A DNA stretch of 63,092 bases, counting the filler, from Ministeria vibrans ATCC 50519 (lineage: Eukaryota; Protista; Filasterea): NCBI GenBank assembly GCA_943704425.1. It is 5 parts of 5 records of this genome, joined end to end, with 100 filler letters (N's around TTAATTAATTAA, not from the genome) between each part and the next. Parts side by side here need not be neighbours in the genome. Positions count along the whole stretch, not along the records: positions 33,157 to 59,993 come from CALSCP010000380.1; positions 60,094 to 61,742 come from CALSCP010002473.1; positions 61,843 to 63,092 come from CALSCP010002407.1; 2 more parts are not named here. One strand, given 5' to 3'. This document shows positions 47,684 through 62,130 of the stretch, one piece after another (position 1 is the first letter of the stretch; each line of letters opens with the position of its first letter). Made by a program: the position numbers and the translations under genes. The notes below the pieces were generated by a model that searched no databases, had not been told where the DNA came from, and was given only the letters and a program-made list of their open reading frames with translations.

Positions 47684-48276
47684 ACAAACACAAACCTTAT
47701 ATATAAATCATAAATCATACCATTAAAATTTTAATATTATTAATTATTCATTAAATTATTTGTGTTGCCTGTTCTTAATAGTGTTGTAGTACTTTTATTA
47801 TTACTATTCTTCTTCTATACTACTGCTACTACTTTAATAATAACAAAATATTATTATTATTATTATTATTATTATTGTTATTGTTATTATTAATAATAAT
47901 GACTATTGTTATTGTTATTATTAATAATAATGACTATTATTAATAATTATTATTAATTAATTGTGTACTATTCTGTAACATTTTCATTCGCCATTTTCAC
48001 TTTCACACTTTTGCGATTCTTGCGTGTATATATAAGCTTAAACAATACACACGCTGACACGCGAGCCTTGGCTTGATTGGGTATAATAATTAATGATCAA
48101 ATAGAGTCAAGCCCAATTCAACTCAAAATCGAACAGTAGATTCATTAATGATTGATTTTTCAATTTTGTTATTTTTAATAATTAATTTTTGTCATTGATC
48201 ATTCTTTTTTTCTTCTCCTCATCAAGAAGAATCTTTTGTCTCACTCCAACACACAACCACACACACAAGCAAGGAC

Positions 48277-50253
<1,977 letters not shown>

Positions 50254-50334
50254 GAGCACAGTGAAAAATAATAATAATACTGGTTCAATGAAGACGCTTA
50301 TTCCACACAATTTTGTTTCAGTGAATTAATATTG

Positions 50335-50370
<36 letters not shown>

Positions 50371-50435
50371 TAATTTTATTATTATTGTTATTGTTCATTG
50401 AAAGAAAGAGAGAAAAAAACATATCTATAGTGTAC

Positions 50436-53400
50436 TTAGCGCTTAAAGAGGGAAGTTCTCTTGCGCGGGGCTTTGCTAGGGGCGGTGGCGGGGGCAGGAA
50501 GGGCGCCCAAGAGGGCTGCCTTGGCATTGGCGGCCGCGGGAGTCTCGCCTGCAGGGTGTGCTGCTGCCAGCAGGGCACTCTTGGCACTGTCGGCGGACGA
50601 GCTGAGCTGTCGCGCTGCCGGCTGTTGCTGCTGTTGAGCCGGCAGCGGCTCCTCAAGCTTAATGTAATTGACGGGTACAATGCGTTTGGCACCACCCGGA
50701 CCGACGACGCTGTACCAGGCCTCGTCGAGCTGGGCAATCACACGCAGCGTCTCGTTTGGTCCAAACGACAGTTCGTCGTCGTGTTCCGCCTCAAACGGAA
50801 ACAGTGTGGTGGCGCGTGCCGTCCTGACACGCACACTCCCACCAGTACTGCCACTGGAGCGTGCCCCTCCACGAGCCGCACCGCCACCTCGTCCTCCACG
50901 TCCCCCACCCCGCGGTCCGCCACGCCCACGCCCTCGAGGTGCCCCTCGTCTTGCAGCGGGTGCGGTGGTGGCAGGTTGCACACCTGCAATAGCAAGTGGC
51001 GGTGCAGGTGCCGGCTCAATGTCGACATACGACACGGGCACGAGTCCCCGAGTTCCATTCTCCATCTCACACTCAAGCCAATGCTCGTCGACACGTTCAA
51101 CAATATCCATACGCGCTCCCATCTCAAACGTGAGCTCCTCGTCACTACGTGCGGTCCAGTCGGCGGCCGCCACGGCAACGTCTGGCTTTGGCAGGTTCAC
51201 TAGCTGAGGCTTGCCTGAGGCAGGCGGTGGGGCAGGAGCAGGAGCGGTGCCACTTGAAATCGAATCAGACGACGCACCCATGGCACTCTCATCTTCTAGT
51301 TGAACAGCCTGCATCAACATCATCATCGCCGACGTCGGTGTCCCACCTCCGCTACCTCCTCCAGCAACATCGGTGCTGGGTGTCCTTGCTTCACCCGTAC
51401 TGGATCGCTTCCCGGTCGGCGACCTGGCCGCATTACTAGTGCTAGCACGCGCCGCTGCCCACACCTGCGTCGGAATTACATCGACGTATGAAGCGGGTAC
51501 CTGGCCTGTACGGCCATCCAGCTCGGCATTGTACCAATCATCGTCAATGCGCTCCAACAGATTCATCTCTTGGCCTTCGCTAAACGACAACTCAATGTCT
51601 TCACGTGCCACAAAGTCCGCAATGGCCACGCCCCGCTGCACGCCACTGTCGCCCTGCGGCATGTCATACACCTGGTCGTCTTGAGACAGCGCATCTTGCG
51701 GTTCGTGATAGTGAATGTCCTTGGCTGGTGTTGGCGGGGGCGCGTCGTCGGGCGGTGGCACGGGTGGAGGTGCAGGCTCGTCTTGGACTGGTGCTGCGGC
51801 CGGTGTGACGCCAGGCGGCGCACCTGCTGCAAACATGGGTGAGGTGGCAGCAAGCGCTGCCATCTTCGCACGCAGTGCATTGCTCGGTCCCTTCTTTGTG
51901 CCTTCCGACTTCTTCTTCTCCTTCTCAGCAGCCGCAGCAGCCTCTTGCTCCTCCTTTCTCTTCTTCTCTTCCTCCTCCATCTCCTCCTTCTTCTTCCTAC
52001 GCTCCTCTTCCTCCGCCGCCTCTTTCTCCTTTCGCTCACGCTCCTCCTCATTTCGTTTACGCTCCTCTTCCTTCTTTCGCTGGCGTTCTTCCTCTGCCTC
52101 CGCCTCTCGTTTGCGCTTCTCCTCCGCTTCCCGTTCTTCCTTCTCCTTCTGCGCTCGCTCCTTTTCCTCCTTGCGCTTCTTCTCGGCTTCGTCGGCGCGT
52201 CGCTTTCGTTCTGCCGCCTCTTCGGCCTTCTTCTTCTCCGCCGCAATGCGTTCCACCTCGGCTGCCGCCTCCTCCTCCTCTTCGCGTTTGCGGTTCGCCT
52301 GCGCGCGTGCCAGAGCAGCCGACTTGGGCGCCTTTTCGGCCGTAGGCGGTGGTGCAATGACGGCTTTCTTGGTCGGTGGAGCACCTTTGGTGTTTGATGT
52401 GGGCGCATCGGGTCCCGTCAGAGACGGTTTGCGAATGGGTGTGGTGCGTGTCGGGGGTGGAGGACCAGACTTTTTCTTGACGGGCGGCGGCGCAACTGCT
52501 GCTGTCGCTGTCGCTGATGCTGCACTATCATTGAGCGAGTTCGATTCAACAGCAGGGCTGGTGGCGGCGTGGGGCTTTCGGACAGCAGCGCGGGGTGTGG
52601 CGGCGGCCTCTGCGCTCTGCTGGAGTGCCGCGACTGCCTCAGCGGCGTCCTCACGAGCCTTGCGCGCCACCTCCTCTTGACGCCGTTTGCGCGCCTCCTC
52701 TTCGCGCTGTTTGCGCTCCATGTCCTCGGGCGGCTCTGGAATAGGCGTGTTCACCACTTCAAGACAGGCAAAGGGTACGGCGCCAACACGTCCGTTGAGA
52801 CGGCCTTCCATCCAGTCGTGATCGCACATTTTTAACACTTCGACCGAATCGTCAATGGAGACAGACAGCTCGCGACCCTCGCGTGCCGTGTACTTCTTTG
52901 AGGCGCGACACATCATGATGGCGCGGCGGTCGTAGAGCGCACCGGGAGTGTAGCCTTCGGGCAGTTTGGGCACCTTTTTCTGGCTGAGCTGTCGGAAGGC
53001 GTCGTCTTCGTCGAGGTCGTCTGCAAGATCGTCGTCGTCGCTGTCCTGGATCGTCGCCAGCGACGACCCTTTGCCAGCGGACACATCTTCAATAATGTCA
53101 ATGTACAATCCCGAAACTTTGCCGCGCTTGCCGCCACACTCAACCTCGACAAAGTCGTCGTCAACATGGCGGATGAGACGCACCACTTCATCGTCAGCCA
53201 GACTCAGCTCGTCGTCGCTCGTGGCCGTGTACGCAAGCAGGGCGCGCACACGTGGACCAGAGGTGGGTGCAGACGAGCGCTTAGGCGAGGCGCTGGCAGG
53301 AAGCGACGAGGGAGGACGGAAGCCCTTCATGACGGGCTTCTCAACGACCCCTTTGGGTTTGAGTGGCGGCTTTGACGCGACCGGCGCCGGCGCCAGCGGT

Positions 53401-53782
53401 GCCGACAGCCCAATGTAGTTGGCGGGAAACATCCCCGTCTGTCCCTTGCACTGTCCTTCGTACCAGTCGTCGTTGAGCTGTAAAATCAATCGAAAAGCTA
53501 AGTTTTTTTTTTTTTTTTTTTTTTTTTTGTCAACACAACACACAATAAGAGAGAGAGAGAGAGAAAGAGAGAGAAAGAGAGCAGACGAAGAAGCGATGAA
53601 ACACACGTACCTTTCGAACATTGGTGATGCGATCCCCCGACGAGAAAGGCAGCTCGCCCTCGTCGGCACCAGCAAAATCAAACAGTGCCTTTCCCGTCCC
53701 TATTCAATCAGATCATATCAGATCAAAAGTGTAAAAAAAAAAAAAAAAAAAAAGAAAAGGCACGGATCATTTTACCTGACAT
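50436..53782 (-). CDS. Six-SH3 scaffold protein with a charged E/K/R helix (SH3D19-like)
   Basis: Micro-exon ATG TCA G at 53782, exon 2 GKALFDFAGADEGEL; six SH3-like repeats, Pro-rich linkers, ER/K tract, RGG patch. Confidence 0.85.
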
Positions 53783-53898
53783 GCTACCAGCTACGGACCG
53801 ACGCGAGATGAAGCAGCAGGGAGAGGAATAGTCGTAAAAATAATAAAAAATAAAAAATATTTTTATTAGTCATTGATTTATAATCATTATTTTTATCA

Positions 53899-56748
53899 AT
53901 GAGTGGGGAAACACCTCCCGATCCTCACGCCGTGGCTCAGGATGTCTTGATGCGCATGCGTCACAGTCACCCGGCATGGGAACACGTACATGCCTTCCCC
54001 TTTTCTCCCTCTTTTTTTTTTTTTTTTTTTTTTTTTCACACGTCGAACTTTCCTTATTTCGTCTGGTCAACGAGCACTGCGCACGGACCGCTGACCCGCC
54101 CACGCCTTGTCGTCTGTGTAGCTGATCAAGATGGGCAGCCGCTACCAGGAGGCCATGAAGCAGGCGTGCATTGCCAGTGGCAATTTCTTCGATGCGTTTA
54201 CCGTCGTCGGTGAACACGCCCGCCAGTCGCCGTACAAGAACACCGTTGCCCTTGGTACGTCCCCCCACCCTCCTTGCCCAGTGCCTCGTCTGCCCGTTTC
54301 AGTCTCAATCGCCTTCTTTTTGGTGTTTTGCGAAAAGTCGGATGACGACATTTTTTTTTTCTCTTTCTTCTTTTTTTGTGTCCTATGAGTTTTTGACCTC
54401 CAAATGTGTTGACGGCGTCTCCCACGCACGCGCGTGGCGTGCCTCGTCTTGGTGCACGCTTCATGTATCTGTATGCGTTGAAACTTGCTGTATCGCGACA
54501 CTGTGTGCGACGCGACGACAGAAAAACGGAAAAGACTTTCACAATTTTTTGTCGTTGTTGGTGAACTTTTGCTGAAAAGTCGGGTTGTTTTGCTTTTGTC
54601 GCAGGCGAAGGGCTTATTGAGGTTGCGGAGACGCACAAGATGATTGCGATGAACAACGAGCGGCTGATTCACACGCTGAACACCAATGTGCTGATTCCGC
54701 TGTCGAAGCGCATGGACGGGTGGAAGAAGCAGCTGAACAAGCTGGAGGGGGACTACGATCGATCGGCCGACGAGCACAAGAAGCGTGTTAAAAAGGCCGA
54801 GAAGGACATGGAGAAGGCGACCAAGGCTGCGCGAAAGATGAAGGAGGGTTCGGCAGCGACTGTTCGTGAGGTATAAGAAAGGGAAAAGAACAAGAAGGCG
54901 AAAGAACGCATCTTCTGAACATCTTGCGTGGTTTTAGTGTACCAAGTCACTTGAGTCGACCATTGCTGCATTTGAGAAGATGCGTCAAGATTCACTGGAG
55001 AATGTGTTGTCTGAAGAGCATGTGCGCTATGTGCGCCTAATGGCTCGGTTTGGCTCGGCCATGAAGGCGGAAATCGCCGTTCACTTTGGCGTATGCAGAA
55101 TATGATATTTTCAATGGGTTATTAATTGAACCTTTTTTTCTCTCTTTCTTTTTGTGTGTTTGCAATCGTTTGTAGTCTGAGAAGCGACTGGGCTCAATGT
55201 ACGACAGGTGGATGGCACTGGCGGGAGTGCAGCGATCGACTTCTGCGCAAGATGTGAATCGCAGCATGGGAGGGCAAGGGAGCAAAGACGAGCGTGACGA
55301 GGTTTACGAGGACCCCGACTCGCTTGTTGGGGAGGGGCCCAGTGGGAGTGTGTGTTTTCCGGTGGGGCTGCAGAAGCGCTATTTGGTGGCGCAGTACGAC
55401 TACACGTCGTTCACCAAGGACCAGCTGACGATGAACAAGGGTGATCGCATTGTGGCACTCACACCCGAAGACGACGGTTGGGTGTTTGGTCAGAACATTG
55501 TCGACAACAGCAAAGGGTGGTTTCCCGCGGGGTACGTTATCGATGCGGACGCGGCCGACCACGCACTGTACCCCACGTCGTTTGGGCCCGGTAGTCCTCC
55601 CAGTGCGCGCAAGGGTGCTTCTGGTGGTAGTAGTGGGAACACGCTCAGCAGTCCTCCGACGTCGTCGACCAACAAGGGCGGTTCGCTCGGCCGTCAGACG
55701 GGTCAGGACACACTGTCGTCGCTTGCCTCGTCCGACAAATCGACACAGAAGAAGCCTGGTCGTCGTACTCAGTCGCACGTAAGAAAGGGAAAAAGTTCGA
55801 CGTTTTTGTTTTTTAAAAATAATATTCGTGATCATGTTGGTGTGCGTTTTTAGATGGCCAATATGTTTGGAGAAGCTCCCACGCCTCCCAGTGGCTTTGT
55901 ATGACAAAAAAAGGGCAGTATTATGTATGTACAAGGATTGAATGGTGTTGCTCTGTTTTATAGGGACAAGGACCGCCGCCCGATCTGCCGTCGCCGCGCG
56001 AGTCACCGCGTCGTGGGGGCAGCGCAGAGCCACCGAGTGCACCCCCTCCACCGCCCATGTTTGTGGACACAACGACCAACGCGACGCCGTTGCCACCACC
56101 ACTGGACTACCAGGAGGACCGCATGCAGTCGACACCGCCCGTCATTGCATACGATCCAACATCCACGTCATCGTCGCGCGCAAACAAGACAAAGACACTC
56201 TCGTCACCCTCTAGTGGTGGTAGTGGTGGTGGCGGTGGTGGTGGTGGTGGATCGCGTGCAAACACCGTGTCACCCACGCCAGTTCGACATGCCCCTGGTG
56301 AAGATCGTGCTCCCAGCTGGATGCAAAAATCATCATCATCGTCGTCGACTCGCCCCGCTTCGGCCATGCCCAGTATTTCTACGACGAAGCCAACACCCAC
56401 GCCGTCTGTTGCTGCCACTGGTAATGAAGTTTTCTCGTTTGAGGGACGTGGCGGAGGTGGAGGTGAAGGTACATCGGTCGACACGGTGCGCGACAACCTG
56501 TCCAACATGGGCATGCTCGTATCGGGCCCCAACGGTCGCATTGTCGGTACCGAGACAGGCTCAGTGCGTCTCGTGCGCAGCACGGTGCCTGTGTCTACCG
56601 AAGACAGCAGTGGTGGCGTCAAGGTACCCGACTGGATGGGTGGCGGTCGCGTCAATCCAACTGGAAACAAAGGTACACTCCCTTTTTTTTTTTCTTTTTT
56701 TTTGTACCTTATTTCTCATTATTATTATTTTTATTATTATTATTATTA

Positions 56749-56827
<79 letters not shown>

Positions 56828-56842
56828 NNNNNNNTATTATTA

Positions 56843-56937
<95 letters not shown>

Positions 56938-58468
56938 AGATGACTGTATTATTATATTAATAATGTTATTATTTTATAATTTTGTAGTTCACATCACAGG
57001 CACCCAGCGAGAAAAGTCGACAATGCGTCGGCCGGGCATCCAGTCGTCGACCTTCTCGGGTGCGCCCGATGCGTCTCTCCCTCCCCCTCCTCCCCCCGCT
57101 CCCGCTCCCGAGCTCGAGCCCGTTGCCGCTCCTTCCCCTTCTCCACCCGTCGCCCCCTCAGAGCCTCTTCTCACTGACGAAGCCTTTGCTGCTCGCAAGG
57201 CTGCTTTCCAAGTCAAACCTGTCACAGACGTATGTTTTTTTCTTTTTTTTCTTCTTTTTTTGCACTCCTCACACTCCAGTGTATTATAGTCTCGTCCGAA
57301 ATCATCAATGCCCGTCTCGAGCAGCAGTACATCTCGCTTCGGCGCGGGCTCACGCAAGTCAATGCCACCGCCTGCGCCCTCTTGCGACTTTGGCGACCTG
57401 CCCCCTCCGCCTCCCATGGACGATCTTCCTCCCCCAATGGACCTCGGTGACCTCCCTCCGCCTCCCGCGTCCTTTGACGGTTCGTCGCCTCCCCCTCCCG
57501 TTCCCGGTGGCAAGCCCCGCTCTATTGGCCGCTCCGAGGCACCTTCTAGTGGCGGCGCCAGCCTTGCGTCACGCAAGGCCATGCTTGGCGGTCTCTTTGG
57601 AGGACCCAGTGCAGCTCCTCAGTCTGCTCCTCCCTCGGCCTCTCCCTCATCCTTTGGTCGCTCCTCAACCACGCCGTCTCTTTTTTCTACCTCCGATGGC
57701 CCTCCTCCGCCTCCTCCACCCGCTCCCGCACCTATTTCCTTCTCAGACTCACCGCAACCTCCATCCACTACCACCAACACCACATCCAACGCTGGGCCTC
57801 CACCGCCCCCTAAACTCCCCTCCAACAGTAACCTCAGCAGCAGCAATGGCGCGCCCGGTCCTCCGCCGCCTCCTCCGCCCATGTTCGGCAATGATAGTGG
57901 CCCCCCTGCCCCACCTCCTAGTAGCAGCGGTGGAGGAGGTGGTCCACCTCCCCCGCCGCCCCCCCCGCCTCCCGCAAGTATGGATGGCTCTGCTGCTCCT
58001 CCGCCGCCTCCAGCTGCACCGCCGTCGGGCAGTGTCAAGAAGAAGAAGAAGGACAAGGACAAGGATACGCTACGCAAGAAGCGTGACAAGACTGCCGACG
58101 GCTCTACCGCCTCGTCCTCCTCATCATTGTCGTCGGGGTCTTCTTCGTCGAGTTCCAAGAAGAAGAAGGGTACATCGTCGTCGTCGTCGAGTTCCGAGTC
58201 TACCAAGAAAAAGAAGTCCAAAGGCTCGTCGGCAGCCACATCCGCCTCTGCTGCTCCCCCCTCTGCTCCCGCACCTCCGCCGCCACCGCCATTGGGCGGC
58301 GGCGGCGGCGGTGGTGGAGGTCCTCCGCCTCCGCCTCCTCCCCCTGCCGCCAGCAGTTCGGGCGCTGCACCGTCGGCGCTTCTCACCTCCATTCACAAGG
58401 GCGCGAAGTTGAAAAAGACTGTAACTGTCGACAAGTCGGGTCCCGCTCTCAGCGGTCGCGTTCTGTAA
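53899..58468 (+). CDS. IRSp53/MIM-like I-BAR (IMD) + SH3 + polyproline + WH2 actin regulator
   Basis: IMD-like HPAWEH..FFDAF..LGEGLIEV..VLIPL; SH3 AQYDY..GWFPAGYV; long PPPP tracts; WH2 ALLTSIHKGAKLKKT. Confidence 0.82.
56715..56940. repeat. (TTA)n intronic microsatellite
   Basis: Seen directly; similar tracts at 19540-19620 and 48910-49010. Confidence 0.9.
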
Positions 58469-58681
58469 CTTACTTCAACTTTTCCAACATGCATCATACT
58501 ATTATTATTATCTGCATTCTACAGTAAATCTGCACCGAAGTTTGAGAGTCGCGATTTGATCGCGGAGACGCGGACGACTTGTTTGTTTGACAATTAATGA
58601 TTTTCGATAACCAAAAACTTTTAAATATTTTAAGCATTATTACAATTTTTCCCAGTTCCCACACATATTAAGACATACAAA

Positions 58682-59891
58682 ATGTCATCGCTGGATTCCA
58701 AGCTGTCGCTCTCGCTTGACGAGATGGCGCAGAGACGAGCGCTTGAGGCGAAGAAGGCGAAGCAGGCAGCGGCGGCCAAGCGCGCCGAGGAGCAGAAGCG
58801 ATTGCAGCAACAGCGCGCCAAGGCGGAGGCAGCGGCTGCCGCTAAGGCTAGAGCACAGGCTGAGAGGGCATCGCAGGCAGCGCGAGCAGCACAGGCGCAA
58901 CAGGCTGCGGCAAATGCCGCTGCGAAAGCCAGAGCCGCTGCGGGCGCTCAAGCTGCGCGAACAAACGCCGCTCGTCGCACTCCTGAGGGCGCGGGCGCCG
59001 GGAAGATGCGTCCTGGTCGTGTAGGACCCACTGCAGGAGGTACAGATGGGGTCTAGTGATGGTGGGAGGCTCGTGACGGAGCGGTAGACGAGCAAAGAGT
59101 GCGTCGTCGCTGACGTTGCATTTTTGTCTTCGTTTTTCTTTCTCTCTCTCTCACTTTCAAGCGTCTACAATCAAAGTAACAACGGAATTGAGATCGCGAA
59201 GTTCGCTCCAAGCGCAAGCTAGCCAGAGGTCACGGGCGGCGCCGTACAGTCGTCCCACAGAGAAGGTACACTTTTTATATAATTATAATAATAAAATAAT
59301 TATAATAATTATTATTATTATAATTATTGTAAATTATAATAATTCTTGTGTTTTACTATTGGTTGTTGATAGGTCATTGTCAAAGAGAAAGTTGCTCCGC
59401 CCAAATCTGGTAAATGAGTGTATCTTTAACATGGAGCGTCGCCATCTTACTTGTGGTGCATATGATTAGGATCGAAACTGATTGTGCGCAATCTCGATGC
59501 GGGAGTGACACTTCAAGACGTCAAAGAGCTGTTTGGTGCGGTTGGAGCAGTGCGCCAAGCGACGCTCACGTACGTCGAGTATATATGCGTGCGTGTGGTG
59601 GTTACTGAGGGATGGGGGTGTTTGTTTTTGTTTTGTTTTTTTCGTATCTGACGCAGAACGATGGACAATTCCACGAATTTGATGGCGGAAGTGACGTTTG
59701 TGGAGCGCGCCAAAGCAGAAGCAGCGCGCACGCAATACAACGGAATCAAACTCGATGGACGCGCAATGGACATTCGTCTTGTCGAGGAACCCACATCAGC
59801 AACGACAAGCACTGCAGGACCCGGCAAGGCATCGGTCAAGGCACGTCTGGGTGTACCCTCCCCTCGGCCTACAGTGACTGTGGTCAGCAAG
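58682..59891 (+). CDS. ALYREF/THOC4 (or POLDIP3)-like RRM mRNA export adaptor, truncated
   Basis: N-terminal UBM-like KLSLSLDEM; RRM SKLIVRNLDAGVTLQDVKELF..AEVTF..YNGIKLDGRAMDI. Confidence 0.75.
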
Positions 59892-59916
59892 GTTAGCCTG
59901 ACACCTCATCTCTTAT

Positions 59917-59993
<77 letters not shown>

Positions 59994-60093
59994 NNNNNNN
60001 NNNNNNNNNNNNNNNNNNNNNNNNNNNNNNNNNNNNNTTAATTAATTAANNNNNNNNNNNNNNNNNNNNNNNNNNNNNNNNNNNNNNNNNNNN
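59994..60093. other. Artificial contig spacer
   Basis: N-TTAATTAATTAA-N. Confidence 0.92.
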
Positions 60094-60125
<32 letters not shown>

Positions 60126-60127
<2 letters not shown>

Positions 60128-60398
60128 GATTTCAACTTCTTTCTTTTCCCTTGTTGCCAAAATGAGTGCCACAACATCGGCATAGTCGGGATCGACTGCG
60201 GCTCGGCCATTGCTCGGGTCCTACATTTTGAATCATTTTGAATCATTTTTCAATTTTGACTCATTTGAGTGATTCTCAGTCGCGCACCTGCACGGCGGAA
60301 GCAGGCTGCTTGACGTGCTGCTCAGCATGCTGGAACAATTCCTCGTCTTCGACCAACTGACAAGAACAAAAAGCAAACAGATCAAAACGTCTTTTCCG

Positions 60399-60434
<36 letters not shown>

Positions 60435-60649
60435 CGTCTTACTCGGCTTTCGTCTTCTGCGTCCTCCTCGGCGTCGGCTGCATCAAAGAGACGCTGCTCC
60501 TCCTCGCTCAGCGGCTCGTATCCATCAAAGCGGAAGCCACGGCGATCAACACGATCAGCCGTGTCGGGCGCCGCCACGAACACCAGCGTCCCAATGAACA
60601 TCGTCAGGACCACGCACGCCGAGAACAGCAGCAGCACGTGCTTTCTCAT
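60126..60649 (-). CDS. Type II membrane protein (Golgi-enzyme-like N-terminus and stem), 5' fragment
   Basis: MRKH + hydrophobic VLLLFSACVVLTMFIGTLVFV + acidic stem; three exons in frame; truncated. Confidence 0.6.
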
Positions 60650-60751
60650 CGAGAACACACGATCGCACAAAAGGCAAAATAAGTATATTTAGTATTTTAG
60701 TTAAGTGTAGATCGAAAAGTAGCATCGAGTCAGACTTATTCATATCTGACA

Positions 60752-61303
60752 ATGACAAACTTGCGTCTTCTCCTCCTCGCCACAGCCGTTGTGTTCGCCC
60801 TGGCGCGCCCACGCAGCTACACGCTGTCCGACAGCGTTGACGCGTCGTGCCCGGCAGCCAGCACGCCGTGCGCTGCAGCGTACAGCGGCAACGGCCAAGG
60901 CTGCTGCGTCCTGATCAACGCTGTGTGCTGTCCCAACAACCAAACGTGCTGTCCACACGGCTTCACCTGCCGCGACACAGGCAACTACTTGACAACATGC
61001 GTCCGCTCGGAGCAGCCCAGCCAGCAGGGGCTGTCCGTGTGTAAGTTTGGCGCAGCACTTCCTCCAAGTTCAACACAGCCCAATGTGCTCGTCATTGGCG
61101 ATAGGTAAACAAACCATTTTTCGCCATTCTCTGACCCTTTCCGCAGCGTATCCATTGGCTACACCCCACACCTGGCTCAAAAGCTTGCCTCAGACTGCCT
61201 CGTGCAGCACTCGCCATGGGACACACGCGACGGAGGCGCAGAAGAGACCGCGTACGGACTGCAGTGCATCGACATGTTCCTCCGCTCCCCAAACCAAACC
61301 CTC
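60752..61303 (+). CDS. Secreted granulin-like domain + SGNH/GDSL hydrolase, 5' part
   Basis: Signal peptide; GCC..AVCC..TCCPHGFTC; spliced VLVIGDS|VSIGYTP (SGNH block I). Confidence 0.75.
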
Positions 61304-61399
61304 GTACGCCCACCATACTAAGCACTAAGCATATATATAATTATATATACCTACACACTAAGCACACACAAACAAACAAACAAACAAACAACACAAACA

Positions 61400-61934
61400 C
61401 ATCTCTCTCTCTATCACTTTGATTCTTTCTTCTCTGTCTATCACTTTGATTCTTTCTCCTCTCTCTCTATCACTTTGATTCTTTCTCCTCTCTCTATCAC
61501 TTTGATTCTTTCTCCTCTCTCTATCACTTTGATTCTTTCTCCTCTCTCTCTCTATCACTTTGATTCTTTCTCCTCTCTCTCTCTATCACTTTGATTCTTT
61601 CTCCTCTCTCTATCACTTTGTTTCTTTCTCCTCTCTCTATCACTTTGTTTCTTTCTCCTCTCTCTCTATCACTTTGTTTCTTTCTCCTCTCTCTCTATCA
61701 CTTTGTTTCTTTCTCCTCTCTCTCTCTATCACTTTGTTTCTTNNNNNNNNNNNNNNNNNNNNNNNNNNNNNNNNNNNNNNNNNNNNTTAATTAATTAANN
61801 NNNNNNNNNNNNNNNNNNNNNNNNNNNNNNNNNNNNNNNNNNTTTGTCTCTCTCTATCACTTTGTCTCTCTCTATCACTTTGTCTCTCTCTATCACTTTG
61901 TCTCTCTCTATCACTTTGTCTCTCTCTATCACTT

Positions 61935-61935
<1 letters not shown>
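61400..61935. repeat. Tandem array of the CTCTCTATCACTTTG(A/T)TTCTTTCTC minisatellite on both sides of a contig spacer
   Basis: About 13 units before the spacer and shorter CTCTCTATCACTTTGT units after it. Confidence 0.9.
61743..61842. other. Artificial contig spacer
   Basis: N-TTAATTAATTAA-N. Confidence 0.92.
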
Positions 61936-61984
<49 letters not shown>

Positions 61985-62130
61985 TCTCTCTCTCGACCTC
62001 TCTCTCTCTCTCTCTCTCTCGACCTCTCTCTCTCTCTCTTTCTTTCTCTCTCTCTCTCTCTCTCGACCTCTCTCTTTCCCTCTTCGCCCTGTCCCTCTTT
62101 GCTCTCACTTTTCTCCCACTCAATCTCGTC

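Noticed and set aside
47700-48270. AT-rich stretch as a mobile element or origin
   Set aside because: Low-complexity (TTA)n intergenic DNA with a TATA-like motif near 48030; no terminal repeats or ORF.
61400-61742. Regular repeat array resembling CRISPR or tetO half-sites (TCTCTATCACT)
   Set aside because: No unique spacers, no cas genes, no full tetO palindrome, and a eukaryotic intronic context.
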